A stretch of DNA of 63,861 bases, the filler included. It is 8 parts of 8 records of this genome, joined end to end, with 100 filler letters (N's around TTAATTAATTAA, not from the genome) between each part and the next. Parts side by side here need not be neighbours in the genome. Positions count along the whole stretch, not along the records: positions 54,631 to 63,861 come from SRR2962707_1272; 7 more parts are not named here. One strand, 5' to 3'. Under the pieces are notes generated by a model that saw only the letters and a list, made by a program, of their open reading frames with translations, did no database searches and was not told the DNA's origin. The position numbers and the translations under genes were made by a program. Every line of letters begins with the position of its first letter. Positions within the stretch are counted from its first letter, which is position 1. Below are positions 61,901 through 63,861 of the stretch, one piece after another.

Positions 61901-63622
61901 CCACGGCAGGTCGCCACGTGCGACCAAGTCGCACCCAGGGATGTGAGGTGTGCAACGAAATAAATTGTCATTGGCACTGGGGCAAGCAATAAGAGCCACA
62001 AGAACATGCACCAGAGCCGAAAAGCTTGCCGTTCTGTCACTTCTGCCGACAAGTTCAGCCGTCACTTCCACCAAAATATTTTGGGCCACGTTGCGATGTA
62101 TGGCTGACTGTTCGAACCGCACAATGTCGCACAGTTGGTGCAAGAAGGCATCCCCAAGGCCACACCGTTGCTTCGCCAAGGTGGCATATCCACCAGAAGT
62201 TACCAACGTTCGCAGCTGCGCAATCATTCGCATCTTGTGGTCTGCGGTAGCTGCCCTGAGCCCCTCAAAAATGTTTTCTTGGTTTGAATCACGCAAAAAA
62301 GGATGATCTGCTTCCAAAGAGTCACTTTTCTGTGCATGGCAGTTGTTCAGAAAGTCATTGATAGCGTCGCTCTCGCGCCAAAGCCGCAACAACAAAACAG
62401 CAATATCTGATCCAAGCTCGGCAAAGGTAATTGCTCTTGATGCAGCTGAGACAGATATTTCAAGCCCCATGCATGCAAACACCGCGTCAAGGGCGCGAAG
62501 ACAATGCCCATGCTGTTCAGATATGGCGCCAATGTTGGTCAAGCATCGGCAAGCCGCCAGTTCTTCGGTACTCCACTGTATTCCATCGACAAATTTTTGC
62601 TCGGCGACGACGGCCGTTTGCCGCCCTAGGGCGGAACTTGAGTCCAACCCGCTGTTGGGCAACTGATAACTTTTGCACGCGACCCCTACAAATTGTGCAT
62701 ACCACGTCAGCAAACGTGCCACCGCAATTGCATACCGCCCCAGGAAATGCCCATGCCAGGAACCGCTACTGTAAGTTGGTGTTGACAGTGGCGCTACGAC
62801 AGCCGCAGCAGAGGGCAAAACACACTCCACCACGATTCTCCTCAACAACGACACGCCTAACTCCCGCAGCTTTGTTGGGACAGTCTGATTGAAAAGCAAA
62901 AACTCAAAGAATGGTTGGTTCTGTGCAACGAGCTTTTCAATGACTCTTTCTCGAACTTTCACGGTGGAGGCTTGCCCTGCAGTGAGTGCAGCCCGGTGCT
63001 GAGATGCGATATCCGACAAAAATGCCGTCTGGGATTGAAAAATGCGCGTCAAAATCCGCACTTGCGCTGCTTGCTGCCCAGCATGCGCGCGAATGATCGC
63101 AATCAACGGGTGAATCCGGCCGTCGTCGAAAACACGTCCGTTGCTGGAACTACTTTCAGACGAAGCCACGGTGAAAACTTTGAGGAACAAAACTTCGCAC
63201 GTGCCTGTAACACCAGCTTCAAGCTCCTGCAGCACAGCAGATCGAGACAATATTGCCAGCGTGTCCACAGCATCCCTGAAGCCCAGCTGACTCCCACTTG
63301 CCAACGCGACCACAGCACGAGCTGCCGCAGTGCGAACGCTGCACTGGGCTAGAGGGTCTACATTGGAAGTAAAGCTAATCAACGTTTGCACCGCGTCACG
63401 TGTCGCAGCAGCAGCAGCAACGGCTCCGTGCCGGCGCGCCTCTCTCACAACTTCCCACACTCCGTCGCTGTAGAACCGAGGAGAATTTCGCTGGGCACGC
63501 GAGGAGGCAGTCGCGGTGGTTGAGCGAGAAGCTGCGCCAATGGATTGCAGGAAGTTCCGGGCGATTTCAACGCACCGGTTGGTCCCTGCACTGTCGGCGC
63601 GCGAAACTCTATCGGAGCTCAT
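55973..63622 (-). CDS. Focadhesin/RST1-like ARM-repeat protein, intronless, about 2550 aa
   Basis: Long helical Ala/Leu-rich ORF. ALCILSLQRLCRDGHINFATGLRIV, FLPAWRLFCARW and ANIILAAAALHSLLP..VKTAILRLL resemble conserved blocks of plant RST1 / animal FOCAD (recalled from memory). First ATG at 63622. Confidence 0.65.
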   Translation of the reverse strand: MSSDRVSRADSAGTNRCVEIARNFLQSIGAASRSTTATASSRAQRNSPRFYSDGVWEVVREARRHGAVAAAAATRDAVQTLISFTSNVDPLAQCSVRTAAARAVVALASGSQLGFRDAVDTLAILSRSAVLQELEAGVTGTCEVLFLKVFTVASSESSSSNGRVFDDGRIHPLIAIIRAHAGQQAAQVRILTRIFQSQTAFLSDIASQHRAALTAGQASTVKVRERVIEKLVAQNQPFFEFLLFNQTVPTKLRELGVSLLRRIVVECVLPSAAAVVAPLSTPTYSSGSWHGHFLGRYAIAVARLLTWYAQFVGVACKSYQLPNSGLDSSSALGRQTAVVAEQKFVDGIQWSTEELAACRCLTNIGAISEQHGHCLRALDAVFACMGLEISVSAASRAITFAELGSDIAVLLLRLWRESDAINDFLNNCHAQKSDSLEADHPFLRDSNQENIFEGLRAATADHKMRMIAQLRTLVTSGGYATLAKQRCGLGDAFLHQLCDIVRFEQSAIHRNVAQNILVEVTAELVGRSDRTASFSALVHVLVALIACPSANDNLFRCTPHIPGCDLVARGDLPWQTDLQATPPSSSLALRLLKVIQETAAETSPLQHPLVPSATLDALLKNGNIAAVLPRLLALGNQSILCGLNSFDFDSARETETSSSSPVMAAYYAAISDMVGNSGACTFGVPRTRSLPVLICALALFHPHLAANGKQRAQEGLMHTLSQSVDAGGQGSTSASLIERIVRQTVNSQPSAALELLPCLQFAAQFSIVGLPTATAGNNRPPLANSPSFAHYMSILDAATALVANPRCTKAALCFLARPMMLARSGSQEATRSAAALALAGRLLCRTLVANSATVGLLSEFIHDCGLGQMPTQIPADILAVQLHSLIQLCDHGGRQVGADFVKFVGNALVEAKRAQFQGERWASQATALCILSLQRLCRDGHINFATGLRIVRQHFPADSELTSSTRCPLTYLIHLALAQFYSEIAEALCTERLELLAELEECGVHVEEVVAAGMENSTLADAEVGSAVKQLSETAEQINGIVAESWNFIAKLPSDFIGVGGDLERATCAWWNCLRVIATLPVARAGKDGDPVVNVVGSVASVASASSDTGRRMRLVESRGFASESPLVRNAVSMLLTTVCSHDAATQSYMRRWSSHTHQLVASEPDSPTERPARHHKSAKGRPLTLLEDEPSSRSWQEHLMALLCGHGDGVQNPSPVATLPGSSNSLLASYASCAPEERAAMSLRVVCLYGHEVHSLGAALRADILEFGKSFWDLFPQLCADVEPPVRRLALRNGELANPDFWLGQATFLPAWRLFCARWLLAEVQIISCVEDFEGHGDSKFVDQEKLLKQAGKTIWNRALKPALERCLASSRPGNTTSAAKAMHNKAAHPGAGRSRSPGGAKPGSEASSPSVYLPEEFPKVANIILAAAALHSLLPRSYCASVKTAILRLLSQVLAQDAAFVWKGGHTVVAAAAEALGFLARVIVGEASALGSSGDSGMASTTSAILGLSKGILTKWQQHAVNVEESVTQASFRSTDAARPFLAEKNQLICFLLTSALGQCAAACLQWSVVLRSRHSRFEPAHKHLVQTIIGCIANATRSHVAVHDTADACVTATAHGAHVAVRWACNAVQLLLASETFGPTIEACVHSANDTLEVFDCVKVLVSAFSRHVIPSDGSNTDDPLSAAWFVTCASVFSVAEQLQTTINRATSAQAESTPRWGVDLNPNASQRILKARIKTMSAQARRLLADCVSTPESITSLFLLSSFAFFSHGVSENNGAEGPVVTGAVRRELIQLISATGAARATTSSLSERDKNGSTTNPRCLLARVVGALLASMTMHAGTHLLASPLDAAVTLSDETWLCRWLARSGTWGLLQSLSTACDACLSKDASAVEAGSDPIFQVGVLIHGSVLSAASIFYSEVGASSPGLHLLPQLANPFSLVPRDKAAKYDPAEKGIHADVAKVANSRMISSRSAQREAPTMHAIALPSGFSLTILKSFPQGSMLRFIAKSLMSAIQELADAFGQPLEGDEATRHQHPSSQQTVVLIGTKIAALCGILADSTLPIIRLQLVAASVLSAASQFMKQMPGTKQFEATAAALTESCLRLIIVYSYREGSLSRLLTTSAILKPCCLLDGATPPPAAVSSLRVFIAANFAKILRCAAPQLRGALLVTAFAAFVTQSVSLSDMLLPNGAASGSRVEIARLFCQQLAQFASSSSTADPMPRRLFQKSFFLDTWVPWLLRAKEAAPFEATESVVAHFVTCAQAGEQAGEQAGGQSLVAVSALAVVPPTWIHVFVFERSASTRPTVPIADAVEAMWFSYCFHRSSSPVSVNPGGVCDREVLLKFLHDESVTAFLVKRPSTAARENVVDGSLARTIGYYASLACRVIGTNNTVTLLELIYVFAKSFGTIEHPHTAEDQVPGEKLWAGDRVLQCLGALLVAWSSQQRHDILANCSITIAASQCIGSEIIECYRHLLRHAKLESATGVLQQLQGAFLQAWERIEATVAEGEGPSADQTSTVRQLVVLTFEALPSSMQAVWWDRVSPALTLV

Positions 63623-63861
63623 AGTGCCCCTCAACACAAGCTCCACCTACTTCAGCTCCAAACACTCCGCCGTGCGTTTTTCCGAGACAAGAAGCAGGGT
63701 TTATTCATCGGCCTCACACGAAACGAACGTCCGAACGAACGAACAACACCCACGGACTGCCACACAACACGCACGCACGCACGCACTCGCACCCGAAAAC
63801 AAAAGCCCAAGCAAAAACAGCAAAAGCAAAAGCAACAACAAGAAGAAGAAGAAGAAGAAGA

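Overview
This is eukaryotic, intron-rich DNA from a compact genome, most likely a protist; a stramenopile-like lineage is plausible but not provable from this window. It is not one locus: eight contigs are joined by seven artificial 100-nt linkers (44 N + TTAATTAATTAA + 44 N), and most contigs end in microsatellites. I reconstructed 14 genes by hand, mostly as convergent pairs: a kinesin with a C-terminal chromodomain, a myristoylated STE20-like kinase with a SPRY domain, NAD-dependent GPD1, MCM8, VWA8, a fatty-acid hydroxylase/sterol desaturase, a 1886-aa secreted 15-residue-repeat protein, a PH-CAMK kinase, RAD18, an HA-domain protein, BMS1, a large FN3/WW/EF-hand/IQ/SH3 scaffold, a partial unknown gene and a focadhesin/RST1 homologue. 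Three signals stand out. (1) 18 of the 26 phase-2 introns I could resolve sit one base before a Tyr codon (the next exon starts GTAY or ATAC), which suggests a sequence-targeted intron-gain mechanism. (2) There is an intronless, secreted Gly/Tyr/Asn beta-solenoid-like fibre protein with about 112 repeats organised in 5/6/7-repeat higher-order blocks. (3) Several unusual domain architectures only appear after splicing: kinesin-chromodomain, RAD18-WW-UBA and an SH3 split by an EF-hand-like insert. All gene models and family calls come from manual motif recognition, with no database searches.
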